Shown here piece after piece: positions 38,418-49,673 of a DNA stretch of 64,000 nt. The translations under genes were made by a program, and so were the position numbers. A model generated the notes under the pieces. It saw nothing but the letters and a program-made list of their open reading frames with translations, made no database searches and had not been told where the DNA came from. This stretch comes from Vitrella brassicaformis CCMP3155. Taxonomy: Eukaryota > Protista > Chromerida. Where the stretch lies: assembly GCA_001179505.1 (NCBI GenBank), contig CDMY01000282.1:72556-136555 (forward strand), read 5' to 3'. Position 1 is the first letter of the stretch. Each line of letters begins with the position of its first letter.

Positions 38418-39595
38418 ATGCGGTCTTACTCGGTGATGCCGCGGATGCCATACAAGACTAAGCTATGCACGAACTACGAGCAGGTAATGACCACGTTATG
38501 CAATCTCGCCATCGCCCCTTCACAAGGTTGCTTGGTCGTTCAGGGTTGTTGCTTTCGTGGCGTTGACTGCGGATACGCGCACGGACTTGCATGTGGACTT
38601 GTCGAAGTCGATACCTCAAGTAACAAGCACCACAAAGAGCGACGCCTGCAATACTCCACTTTCTCTCTTTGTATGTGTGTGTGTGTGTCTTCCAGGACAC
38701 AAGACAAGACACGCTTGTGCGAGTTCCTCAAGTTGGGGAGCTGCCCGCGTGGTGCTGAGTGCACCTTCGCTCATGGCCGGAAGGACCTGCGCCTCACCAA
38801 GATGTGTGACAGCGTGATAAATGGTGAGAAGCGCAAGCATGGGAAGGCTAGAGTTACGGACACTCGTGCGTGGGTTGTCTTGGTGCAGGTATGGTGCTCG
38901 TATGGCGGCGACTGTCTGTTTGCCTACGAAGAAGAAGAGCTATCATGTGTACACAAAAGCAATTGAGCCACTCACTCGCTTGAATGTGCATGCAAATGTC
39001 TTTGCTGTGCGTCGCATGTTATGCAGCGTGGAGCGTGTGGTGCGCATTGGAGAGATCTACTACAGCCAGGACGCCATTAGTACGCCATTCAGGGATTGGA
39101 CGAGCCTACAGGAGACGCTAGACGCGCTCACCTCCGGCGACCTCGGTCTGAGCGACATACCTCAGATCACCGTCAGAAAATACGGGGAGCGCTACTATAC
39201 GCAGGTACGCTGGCAGGGACAGAGAATGAATGCATGATAGCAAAAGTGTGTCCGTTCTGTTTTCGTGCAGAACAATCGCTGTCTGGCAATGTTGGAGGAG
39301 TTCAAAGAATCCCCGGTTCCCCACACCATTCCTCGGCCCCAGCAAGGACTGCATCCGCGTCTCAGTCTGGATGGAGTCCATGATTGAGCAGCACACAAAG
39401 AACTGGGACAGGTTCACCACACCCAACCGTGGTGAGTCGGTCGAATACAGGGGAGAGCCTCTGGTGGCGCGGTGCGGCAGGTGCAAGGAGGAGACGTGTG
39501 ACTGTGGGACGGTGCGGCGCGTGCCCCGGCAAAGTAATACCAACCTGTTTTGTGCTGGTTCCGACCTATTCTTTCCTCCCCTTGTCATCGCATGA
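38418..39595 (+). CDS. Tandem CCCH zinc-finger protein fused to a putative ParB/Srx-like domain
   Basis: YKTKLCTNYEQ|GCCFRGVDCGYAH and KTRLCEFLKLGSCPRGAECTFAH are C-x7-C-x5-C-x3-H fingers. A third finger ends in Tyr. The C-terminal part reads IYYSQDAISTPFRD..DIPQITV..NNRCL..RFTTPNRGESVEYRG. Confidence 0.7.
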
Positions 39596-39752
39596 TTGAC
39601 TGAATTATCGTGCGGTGTCGATCGCATGTAGGTGCATGCATCCACATGCCTTGGCTCGGCTCCCTCTTCTCGACAGATGGACTGCCTGTGGTGTCTGGTG
39701 CATGTCTTGACGCATCAGTCAGGGTGCGTGCATGTTGTGCGTCTCTCTCTCG

Positions 39753-42497
39753 TCACTCTGGGCAACGAGAAGAGAGCCTCGCATGACAGTAAGTACACAA
39801 GAGCTGACTTGCTCTACCTATGGTTGTGATGCCTGCCTCCCTCCCTCCTTGCCTGCGTGAATGCCTGCCTGTGTGCGTCTGTGTTTGTGTGGGTGCATGT
39901 TTGTGGTACTTATTGATCATCGTCATGAGGGTGTCTATGATGTTTTGTGTGCGGTGTGATGTGACATACGTTTTCCCATTTGGTCTTGCTTTCATTTGGT
40001 CTTGGAAAACTGTCGCACCAGCTGGCCGGACGCAGAGAGAGAGAGAGAGAGTGGTTAGCGGTGGACAGCGACACGTACCATACATTGACTCATGATGGTA
40101 CTCAGTTAATCATCTTCACATATCACGCGTCATCAAACACAAAGCTGTAGCCACCGACAGCCGCAGCCGCAGCCGCGGACGGACAGACGGATTGTAAGAC
40201 AAACAGCACAAGATAGAAAATCCACAATACAGCACCAATAATGCAACAACACCAATAATGCAACAACACACAACAGATACACACAGGCAGGCAGGCAGGC
40301 AGGCACCCACTCCACACATCCCGTTGCGTCAACCATTCATGCACCCATCACGCACCCATGTACAGAGAGACAGACAAGCGCATGAAGGACAAACGCATGT
40401 GCTCGCGCCCATCGCACACAAGCCCCAGCCTTTCCACAACACATACATACACACGAACGGATGGACACACAGAGCGTACGACAGCCACCAACAGGCAGGC
40501 AGGCAGCCAAGCGCAGCGCTCACTCCACACACATCCTGTTGCGTCGGTGGTGGGCCGCCCGCAAATCGGCGGCGTGCTTGTATGCTTTCTCAACCGCCTC
40601 CCTCACCGCCTTGTGTGTGTGGCCCTTCACACTGAATGCGTGACATCCGTGGAAGCCCCCAATCTCCACCCCAATCATGATGCGGTGGGATTCGCCGGTC
40701 TGCCAGGCCGTCATGATGATGTCGTCGGGCAAGTGAATATCACTGATGATGTCGTGGGCCTTGGCGAGCAGCTGTGTGTCGTCCATTTCGACGTCCTCTT
40801 CCTCGTGATCGCGGTGGTAGCTGTCGTCTCTCAGGGCCACATTGGGGCGTAGTGAGGCCCCGAGAGGATCGGGACTGCTCCACGCACCTACAACCAACGC
40901 GAAGGGGGAAAGAGCGATTGCGTGCTGAATGGATCGACGGATGCACGTGTCCAGATGCCTTACTTGAGCAGGTACTCGTCGTCGGTTCCACATCTGTAGC
41001 ATGCTGTTGGGGCTGCATCGGCGGTAAGGGGCCTGAAAACTGTGCAGCCTGATGGATGGTCGCGGAATACACGAGAGAGAGCGCTTGTTATCACTTTTCC
41101 CCACCAACCAGCCAGTTAGCTGTTTCCACTGCACATGGCTCACCCCAGCATAGCTGTCATCGGCGCCGTCGATCGGCAGCACGTCGAAGGGTGGCCTGCA
41201 TGCACCATAGTCCACAACCCGCAACACATGCACGCCACTCTACTCACCCCATCAGCTGATCTAGCGTGTGTGCTCACGGTATTGCTTCGTCGTCATCGGC
41301 GGTGGACGCCCCGGCAGACGAGGTGTCGCTTTGTGGCTGAGGGACCACCGTAGCGGCGGAGAGCTGGGTCGCGGTAGCTGCACGTACACACACACACACA
41401 TACACAGGGGCACGATGTGTGGGTGACTCGCAGAGAAGGCGGCCCTCGTACGTGTGCTGGTCACGGTCGCCGGCGTCGGTGGCACAGAAGGGGCAGCAAG
41501 CTGCTGCACAATAACATAAACCACGACAAGAGCACATCAAGATGCGACTTGCTGCTATGTGTGTGTGGTCCACACCTCTGCATCCGCATCGGTCAGTCGG
41601 TGAGTCATGCGCAGGTGAGAATGCACCACATTGCGGCGGGGGTTGTTNNNNNNNNNNNNNNNNNNNNNNNNNNNNNNNNNNNNNNNNNNNNNNNNNNNNN
41701 NNNNNNNNNNNNNNNNNNNNNNNNNNNNNNNNNNNNNNNNNNNNNNNNNNNNNNNNNNNNNNNNNNNNNNNNNNNNNNNNNNNNNNNNNNNNNNNNNNNN
41801 NNNNNNNNNNNNNNNNNNNNNNNNNNNNNNNNNNNNNNNNNNNNNNNNNNNNNNNNNNNNNNNNNNNNNNNNNNNNNNNNNNNNNNNNNNNNNNNNNNNN
41901 NNNNNNNNNNNNNNNNNNNNNNNNNNNNNNNNNNNNNNNNNNNNNNNCACATTGCGGCGGGTGTTGTTCAAGCCGCAGATACGCCCGCCGGCACACGGCG
42001 CCACACACGTGGCGCAGAGTTTGTCGCCCGGGCCCTTCTTGACGGGCACATAACCCACCACGCCCACCAGCTGTCCTCCGTGATACACACGCACGCAGCA
42101 CTCGCTGTTGTAGTCAGTTGCCTGCTCGCCCAACTCCATCCCCGGCTTGCGGAACACCTGCAGCCGATACAGGTAGCGGAGCGGCCGCCAGCGGCCGTCC
42201 TCGTCAATGGCGGCCGGCAGGAGGGCGATGTCCCACCCCTCCTGACCCATGATGCGCTCAGTGCTGCCACCAGTGAGCCACACGTGACGGTGCTCTGCCG
42301 GAGCGGTCATGTCTATCGGGTCGGCCAGGGAGTGAGAGCGACGGCGGTCGAGCTCGATGGCATCCCAGTGGTCGTGAAGGACACGCAGGAGGGACGCAGC
42401 AGGCAAATCAGCTGCAATCACACACACACACACAGAGGTGATGTCACAGCAGTTTCCGAGTGGGTGCATGGAGTGATCTGTGTGGCTGACTGTTCAT
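39753..42497 (-). CDS. Uncharacterised multi-exon gene spanning an assembly gap
   Basis: Coding-like exons at 41950-42410, 40500-40870 (EEEDVEMDDTQLLAKAHDIISDIHL..) and 39900-40020, separated by GT-AG introns. No domain recognised. It could be more than one gene. Confidence 0.45.
41648..41947. other. Assembly gap (300 N) flanked on both sides by the same 21-nt unit
   Basis: cacattgcggcgggggttgtt at 41627-41647 and cacattgcggcgggtgttgtt at 41948-41968. Confidence 0.95.
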
Positions 42498-42857
42498 CGC
42501 GATGCGCTGAAAACACCGAAAGCAGCCAGGGAACAGACTGAAGCGGAGGGAAGGGAGTACCTCGGTAAGGTACAGGGCCCCTCCGAATGGCACAAGGCCC
42601 CTCCGAATGGCACAGGCCCCCTCCAAAGGTATCCCTCTCGAAAAGTACTCAAAGGAGAGTGAAACACAAAGCCTGATACCTTGTCTGTGGCCATGTTGCC
42701 TCTGTGGTCGTCCTGCGGCCACCAGGGAGGCCAGCCACGGGACAACGAGCGCAGGCCCATCAAAGATCTGGGTCATCTGGCCGTCCTGGCGAAGGGAGAG
42801 ATCTGCAAACAGCACAACAGCCACACAGAGAGGGTTCAGACTTTCCATCTGGGCGCC
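42470..42857 (-). repeat. Dispersed repeat family, copy 3 (inverted)
   Basis: The reverse complement aligns by eye with copy 1 over about 390 bp with few mismatches, and has an internal tandem duplication of gtgccattcggaggggg. Confidence 0.9.
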
Positions 42858-42938
42858 TGCCCCGCGCTGCGAGCTGACGAAACAACGGTTTCACGATGCC
42901 CTTTCTCTGCGAGCTTTGCGGCGAAGCGGCGAAGGAGA

Positions 42939-44523
42939 ATGCGCCAGCTGATCTTCGCTCTTTTCCTCACGGCCGTGATGAGCCAAGCGTCCGCCTTCCA
43001 GCCCCAGCCCCAGCATCTTCCCCTAAGGCACCAGCGCATCGAGCTGCAGCGTCAGAGCCGCCTGCGTGCAGCCCGTCAGCCAGGCGTGCTGACAAAAGAG
43101 AGGGAGGCGGTGGATCTGCACTACATCGACATCCCTGCGAATGGTAGGTATTATGCGGCATTAGCACGGGCTGCGTCACACCGCGCGAGATACAAGCTGC
43201 TTTATTTGCTGGTTTGCACATTGCTACATACACAGGGCATGATAGCCGGGAGGCGGTTTTGCTCCTTCATGGCCTTCTCGGTGAGGACACGGAACACACA
43301 GACGCACACACGCACACACGGCACGAACGAGGAGAAACGCCTGAGACCTGTCTCTATGCTGCTTGGCGCTCCCCTATAGGTTCGTCTCGCAATTGGATGA
43401 CATGGGCGAAGAGGTGAGAGGAGATGCAATCAAGTCGACGGTGTGTTGGCTCACGGTGTGTATTGTCGTGCGGGTTAGGTTGTCGAGTGAGCTTGACACA
43501 TCGAGGCGCATCATCGTCCCTGACCTCCGCAACCATGGCTCCAGCACGCACGCTGAATCCATGACATACGCGTAAGTGCATGGAGAATCAAACGTAAGTG
43601 CACGGGCTTTCGCCTGCAATTCTGTGTGCAGCGAGATGGCTCAGGACGTGCTGCGGCTGCTCGAGTCCGTCAACGAGGACCGAATCGTCTGCGTCGGACA
43701 CAGTCAGCACCCACCCAGCACAGCTAACAACCCAAACCACACACGTCTGTCCTGTGAGGCTGTCGCTTGCCTGCAGGCATGGGTGGCAAAGTCGCAGCAG
43801 CTCTCGGCCTGCTTGAACCGTCTCGCGTCGATGGGCTGGTGATTGTGGATGTGGCCCCGGTGCCGTACTCGACAGAGGACGGTAACGACTGGAAAGAAAT
43901 CAGGAGGTACGTGTGTGATGGACGCGATGAAGGTCCGCCCTGCCTCACTCACTCCACCACTCTTCATTTACCCGCTCTCTATGCTCCCTCCCTCCCCGCA
44001 GGATCATCAATGGGCTCCAGGCACTGCCTCTTCATGCTCTGTCCACCCGTCAGGATGCCGACAGGGGTTTGAGGGATGAGCACGGCATCGATGACGATGC
44101 GCTGAGAGCCTTCGTTCTGACCAATCTTGAGAGGCACGAGGACTCATGGAGGTGGCGAATCAACCTGGACGCAATCGCACGGTGGGCCAGAGAGACCAAT
44201 AACACAGAAGGAAAGGCAGACGAGCCAGCACGGTTTGAATGCCTGGTTTTGGGGATGTGTGTGTCAGGTCGCTCGAGGACCTGGCGCTGTTTGATCTGGA
44301 GGCCGCGTGGGGCAGCGAGTCCGAGCTGCCCCCTCCTTACGAAGGCGACACGCTGTTCGTGATGGGCAGCAACAGCCGCTACATCCAGTCGCGGCACCTG
44401 GACGTCATCCAGCGGCTGTTCGCCTCCTTCACCCTGCAGACAGTGAAAGAGGCGGGGCATTGGGTGCATGCCGACCAACCTGACCGAATGGTTCAGGTCG
44501 TCAAGGCATACCTCGACAGGTAG
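42939..44523 (+). CDS. ABHD11: Alpha/beta hydrolase of the ABHD11/YbfF family with a bipartite (signal plus transit) leader
   Basis: [26 protein letters not shown], the nucleophile elbow GHS|MGGK split by an intron, [24 protein letters not shown]. Confidence 0.9.
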
Positions 44524-45485
44524 CTAGGTCATCAGACAGACAGACCGACGACAGACAGGCAGTGGCTGCATTCCATCGCATGCATCACATAGCTAGGCGT
44601 TTTGGACGTGTGACATACATGATGACGTGAGTAAGTAGGGTGTGTGTCTATGTCTTATGTAGCTATAGAGGGGTTTTTGCCGTGCATGTCTGCCCCTTTG
44701 TGATGGCTGGATGCTGTTTGATATGCATTGCATGTCAGTGTGTGTATGATTTCTCGATCATCGAGGGGCGGGAGGAGAGGGGTGGGATACGGCGCGGCAT
44801 GATGAAGGTGGGATGGGGTCAGCGTCTCGTGAACAAGCGATTCACGACACAGACACACCTAGAAGCGTCATCCGATCGTCACGTGAGTGGTCATTCTGCC
44901 TTCACAGTCAATCCATATCAGTCTGACGCTACGAGCTCTGCCTCACATCGTGGCAGGCCCTCCCTGTTTATCGCCCCAACACTCTAGTCTCAGCAGTTGC
45001 CAAGAATGTCTATTTCTTGACCAGCGCTTCGACTTGAACACCAAAGGCAGACTTCATGTCATTGATGGTGGCTGCACAACACACACACAGCAGAGGAACA
45101 GAGGGACAGAGATGCTCTGCGTGTATTGATCAGCAGCAGATCTATCTTCCCTCCCTCCCTTACTTTTGGACTGTGCGACGCCTCCCTGCCAGATGGCCTC
45201 TTTCAAGTGGACCTGCCCCCTGCTCAGCGCCTTGCTGCGGTAAGGCTCCTTCAAACACCTGAAGGCATTGCAACACACAAGGACAGCGACAGACAACGAG
45301 ATCATGCGTGTGACACTCCTGAGATCTACCGCCGTCATCTCTCGGCTTACTGTCTGAGTATGTTGGCCATCTCTGTCGTGTACTGAATGTAAGAGACCTT
45401 CGCATTCCGCCACATCGCGCAGCGCAAGGAAAACTTCCCTTCCCTCCCTTTCCGCTAAGCTCGCAGGCTTGGCGAGCTAAGAGGT

Positions 45486-48420
45486 GTGACAAAGAAAGCG
45501 CAGCCCTTGAGCACACCACGGAAGAGTATATCCAGCTTGGACCAGTCGTTGGTCAGCGAGATGGACGCGTTGATCAGCGCGACGTCTGGCGGCGTGGCTG
45601 CGGTGTGTTCGTGCGTGGCGTTGTACCCCGTGGACGTGATCCTGGTGCGGTACCAGACGCGGCTCAAGGAAGTGGGAGGCCGCAGCGGGGAGATATTCGA
45701 TGTCGTGAGGGACGCTCTGCAAAGGGGGGCGCCCTCGCTCTACAGGGGAGTCGACATCAAGATGCTCGAGGCACTCGTCCGCAACTTCGTGTACTTCTAC
45801 TGGTAGATAGATACGCACACACACAAACACACACATGGATACGGAGAGGACAGACTCACACACAGAGAAGGGGGGTCTGTCTGTCTGTGTGGTGGCGGTG
45901 GCGGTGTAGGTATCAGTTCCTGAAGGGCACATATGAGCGTAAGATCGGTCGTCTCAACACATCAGCCAACCTCAGTGAGCAAGCGATTTGGCACTGCACT
46001 CAACTCACGCCGCGTCAATCTGGCAGCACCGATGACGTATGTCCGACCGACGCGTGTGCTGTGCGTGCCGTGCAGTAATGGCGTCCCTAGCGGCTGTGCT
46101 GAACCAATGCATGACGGGTAAGAAAGAAAAGTCGGGCATGCCGGCCACTCACTCACAGTATCTATCGTGCTGCGCTTGTGCTGATATATGCAGCTCCGCT
46201 GGAGGTGGTGACGACCAACTTGCAGACGTCCGACTACACTCTCATACCGCTCATCGCCAACATATACAAGAAACAGGGTGGGCACAGCGTAAAGACAGAC
46301 ACTCACACGCAATCAATCGGACACACACACACACACACAAAGACCACCGGTCTTGTATTGGTCACGCACTTTGTGTGTGCGTGTGTGTTTCTCTCTGTTT
46401 GTTCATCCATCAGGTTTGCGTGGTTTCTACCGCGGCTTCCTGGCGTCCATCGTGCTCTGCTCCAACCCGGCCATCACAAACGCAGCATTCGACAGACTCA
46501 AGTACTTAAGACACACACACTCCATCCATCCATCCAGCCATCCAGCCATCCATTCATCCACCGAAACAGACACACACTCATTGCTGTGTCTGTGTACACC
46601 GCATCCATCGACTCTCCCTCCCACATGTGCAGGTTTGCGGTGCAGGTGGTGATGTTGGTGCGATTCCAGAGGTTTCGGCAGTACAAGGACGTGTTCCCCG
46701 GTGGCGAGGAGGAGGCCAAGAGGGCGGCACGCACACTGGGCCTCACTGCCATCCCGGCCATCGTCCACTCCCTCCTCACCAATACCACGGTACCAAGCGC
46801 ACCGGGATCCCTGCCCGCACCAGCGACGAGCGCCGCGATGACGCCCTCACAACTCGACGAGGTGAGGCGACCTGGGCCTGCGTGGCGGAGGGCTGTGGGT
46901 GTGGCGCTCGCTGCATCAGTCTCATTTGATGTGTTCAGGAGCTGCCCGAGCTGACGGCTTTCCAGTCGTTCATATTCGGTGCTCTTGCGAAGGCTCTGGC
47001 GACCATCGTCACATACCCCTACATCAGAGCAAAGGTGCGCTGACTGAATGACAGACAAGTGCAGCTACTTGCTTATCCCTTCCCCCCTCTATAATGACGC
47101 TCCCTCCCTCAGGTGTTGATGCAGCATCGGTCTGGGCAGCGTGCGTGTCGCGACCCTCAGAGCACCAAGGGGTCGGACCCCAACCTGGTCTCCAGCAGCA
47201 ATGGCAGCCAGGAGGTCTCGCCGCAAAACCATGACAGGCGTCCAGAGAGCGGCAGGGATGGCGTGGAGTCGGAATCGGCTGACAGCTCGGTCGGTGGGAA
47301 AGGACAAGAGACCAGACAGACAGCAGCTCAGTAACTAGTGAATGGAGTGCATGATGCATTGCAATGTCTGCAGGCGAACAGGCTGGGTGTGCCACCGCGG
47401 CACCACCAGGCCCCGGCCTTCAATGTCCCACACAGCGACTCAGACGCAGGACTCCGTGAGCAACGCACACACACACAGACACACACACACACACTGACGC
47501 CATGAGACCAGCCCCAATGTGGCGGTTTGCTCTCTCTCCCCCCGGTTGATCGATCAGCTTTCCAGCGCTTTGTCAACCCCCCGACCCCATCTGAGTTCCT
47601 TCGAGACGTGGTGGGTGCGCCAGCCGACCTGTGAGTGGGTTGCGTCTTCATACACCGTGTGTGTGTGCGTCTTGTTCGGGTCAGGACACCTATTCCGTGG
47701 CGTCCTTCTGCCTGTCTGAAGGAGAACGAGACGTGAGCAGACATCGCACCAGGACAGGAGGGAGATGCCCATCCGAGTATATACATGTGTGTGTGTGTGT
47801 GTGTGTTCTCAGATTGGTGACAGGGAAGAGTATCTGCAGGCGCCTGGGCCTCTGAGGCTGCAACACAGTGAGCAATGCACCCCTCGCTCGTAATGACAGC
47901 GTCACCCCGCCACCCACCAACCGACCACATGAATGTCTGTGTGTACTTATACGTGTGTGTGTTGTGCAGTGAACCGCAACCCCTCTTCGGGAATTGTGGC
48001 AGAGGTACGGAACCAACGGACACACAAACTCACGAGACACGACACCATCTGCATGCTGTGCAGTCCGTCTATTTTCTATGTGATTATGTATGTTATCTCA
48101 GGAGGGCGACGGTGTGGTGAACGTGTTGGTGTCGGTCATCATGCAGGAGGGCGTCATCGGCATGTACAAGGGGCTCCTCCTGCAGCTCGTCAAGACCGTG
48201 CTCGCATCCGCACTCCTCTACATGATCAAAGAAAAACTCCACAGAGCCACCGCAAAGGTACGGGCCACCGACCAACAGATAGATGTTCTCTGTGTGCATT
48301 GCATGGTCGTCATGGCATGGCGTCCGTCAGGTTCTGAGGGCATTGCTGCGGTGCTTCATGGTGCTGTTCCAGTCCAAGCGGGGCGGCCAGGGGCACATGC
48401 GGGCGAAAATCGGCCCGTGA
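45486..48420 (+). CDS. Mitochondrial carrier family protein, closest in pattern to the peroxisomal PMP34/ANT1 (SLC25A17) type
   Basis: Three carrier repeats: YPVDVILVRYQT..LYRG, APLEVVTTNLQT..GFYRG..CSNPAI, TYPYIRAKV..GMYKGLLLQLVKTVLASALLYMIKE. It has inserted loops. Confidence 0.85.
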
Positions 48421-49673
48421 GAGATAGATAGATAGATGTCAAATCAATCGCAGCAGCCGTCCATGCCATGCCATGCGACAGATAAGATAAGAGCCTGTCG
48501 GCCCGTGGGTGGCGGTAGAGTCTGTGTGTGGCTGGGTGGGTGGGTGCGTGTACAGATGCCACTAACTATGCATGGTCGGTCCCTTATATGTCCACATATG
48601 TATCAGATGGTGACAGGTAGGCGACAGTAGCCATGGATTTGGTGTTGGCCGGCGGTGTCTGTCTGTGAGTTGGTTGAGTGAGGCGTGCGTCTTTTTGTGT
48701 TAGTACGCTGGTTCGCTTCGTTCGCATGACACGTGTGTGTGTGTGTGTGTGCGTGCCATGCCATTCACATCGCGCCTCGGTCTGTCTTAATGTCTGTCGC
48801 GATGAATGAATCAGACAAAGCAGCATCGAGTCTCCCTCAGACAGGGCAGAATGTGCAACACACACATGACCCGGCGAAGTACACCTTGACTGCCGGTCAG
48901 ATGATACAAGTGCATTGTCAACGAAAGGCAATGATCGCGACATATGTGTGTGTGAATGATGGTATGTATGATGAATGTTGGCGACTGCCGCGTGCACAGA
49001 TCGATGGGGATGTGAATCAAAGGTCCGTCACACACCCCTCACATTCACACAAAACACCATTGCAGAGAGAGGCTCTCGCCGCGCATTTCCCGCACATGCG
49101 CTCTCCTGTCAGTGCATGCGACTTCAGCCATGTTCAGCAACGCTCGCCCTCTCCGATGAGGTGAAAACGGGAAACACGGAAAAGCTGGCCTCCCGGCCAG
49201 GATTGCGAGCTTTTCGTGTCCGTTGGATCTTTGGAATCGGATCTTTGTGATAGGGGCAGCTGTTCCAGGGCCCACCTGCGACTCAAACACTGACGACCAC
49301 TCAAGCAGGACTCCTTCCCATCCCTCCTTCCTTCCTTGGCTCTTTTTGGCTGTGCCAACCGACACCCAGGCACTCACCCCTTCTCCGCCAGCCACACCCA
49401 CCTCTGCCACTACTTCCACCGTCGACCCACCTGCCGTATCCATCATTGCTTCACTTGTCTGGCTGACCCACCACTCACTCACTGACCGTTGTCTGCGGCC
49501 GCGACCCAGCTTCTTGATATGATAATGAGGCTGCTGGCGCTGATCTGAGGTGTGTGCTTCGTCAGTGTCGTCTAATGCCCGCAGCATTCAGCAGACTGGC
49601 CGTAAGCACAGATGAGTCGGGGGGGGGTTCAGACGATACTGCATGTCTTGTCTGTCTGTCTGTCTGTGGTGCA

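Noticed and set aside
45054-45413. Possible small minus-strand gene
   Set aside because: No recognisable motif and no consistent splice path. It may be UTR or promoter sequence.
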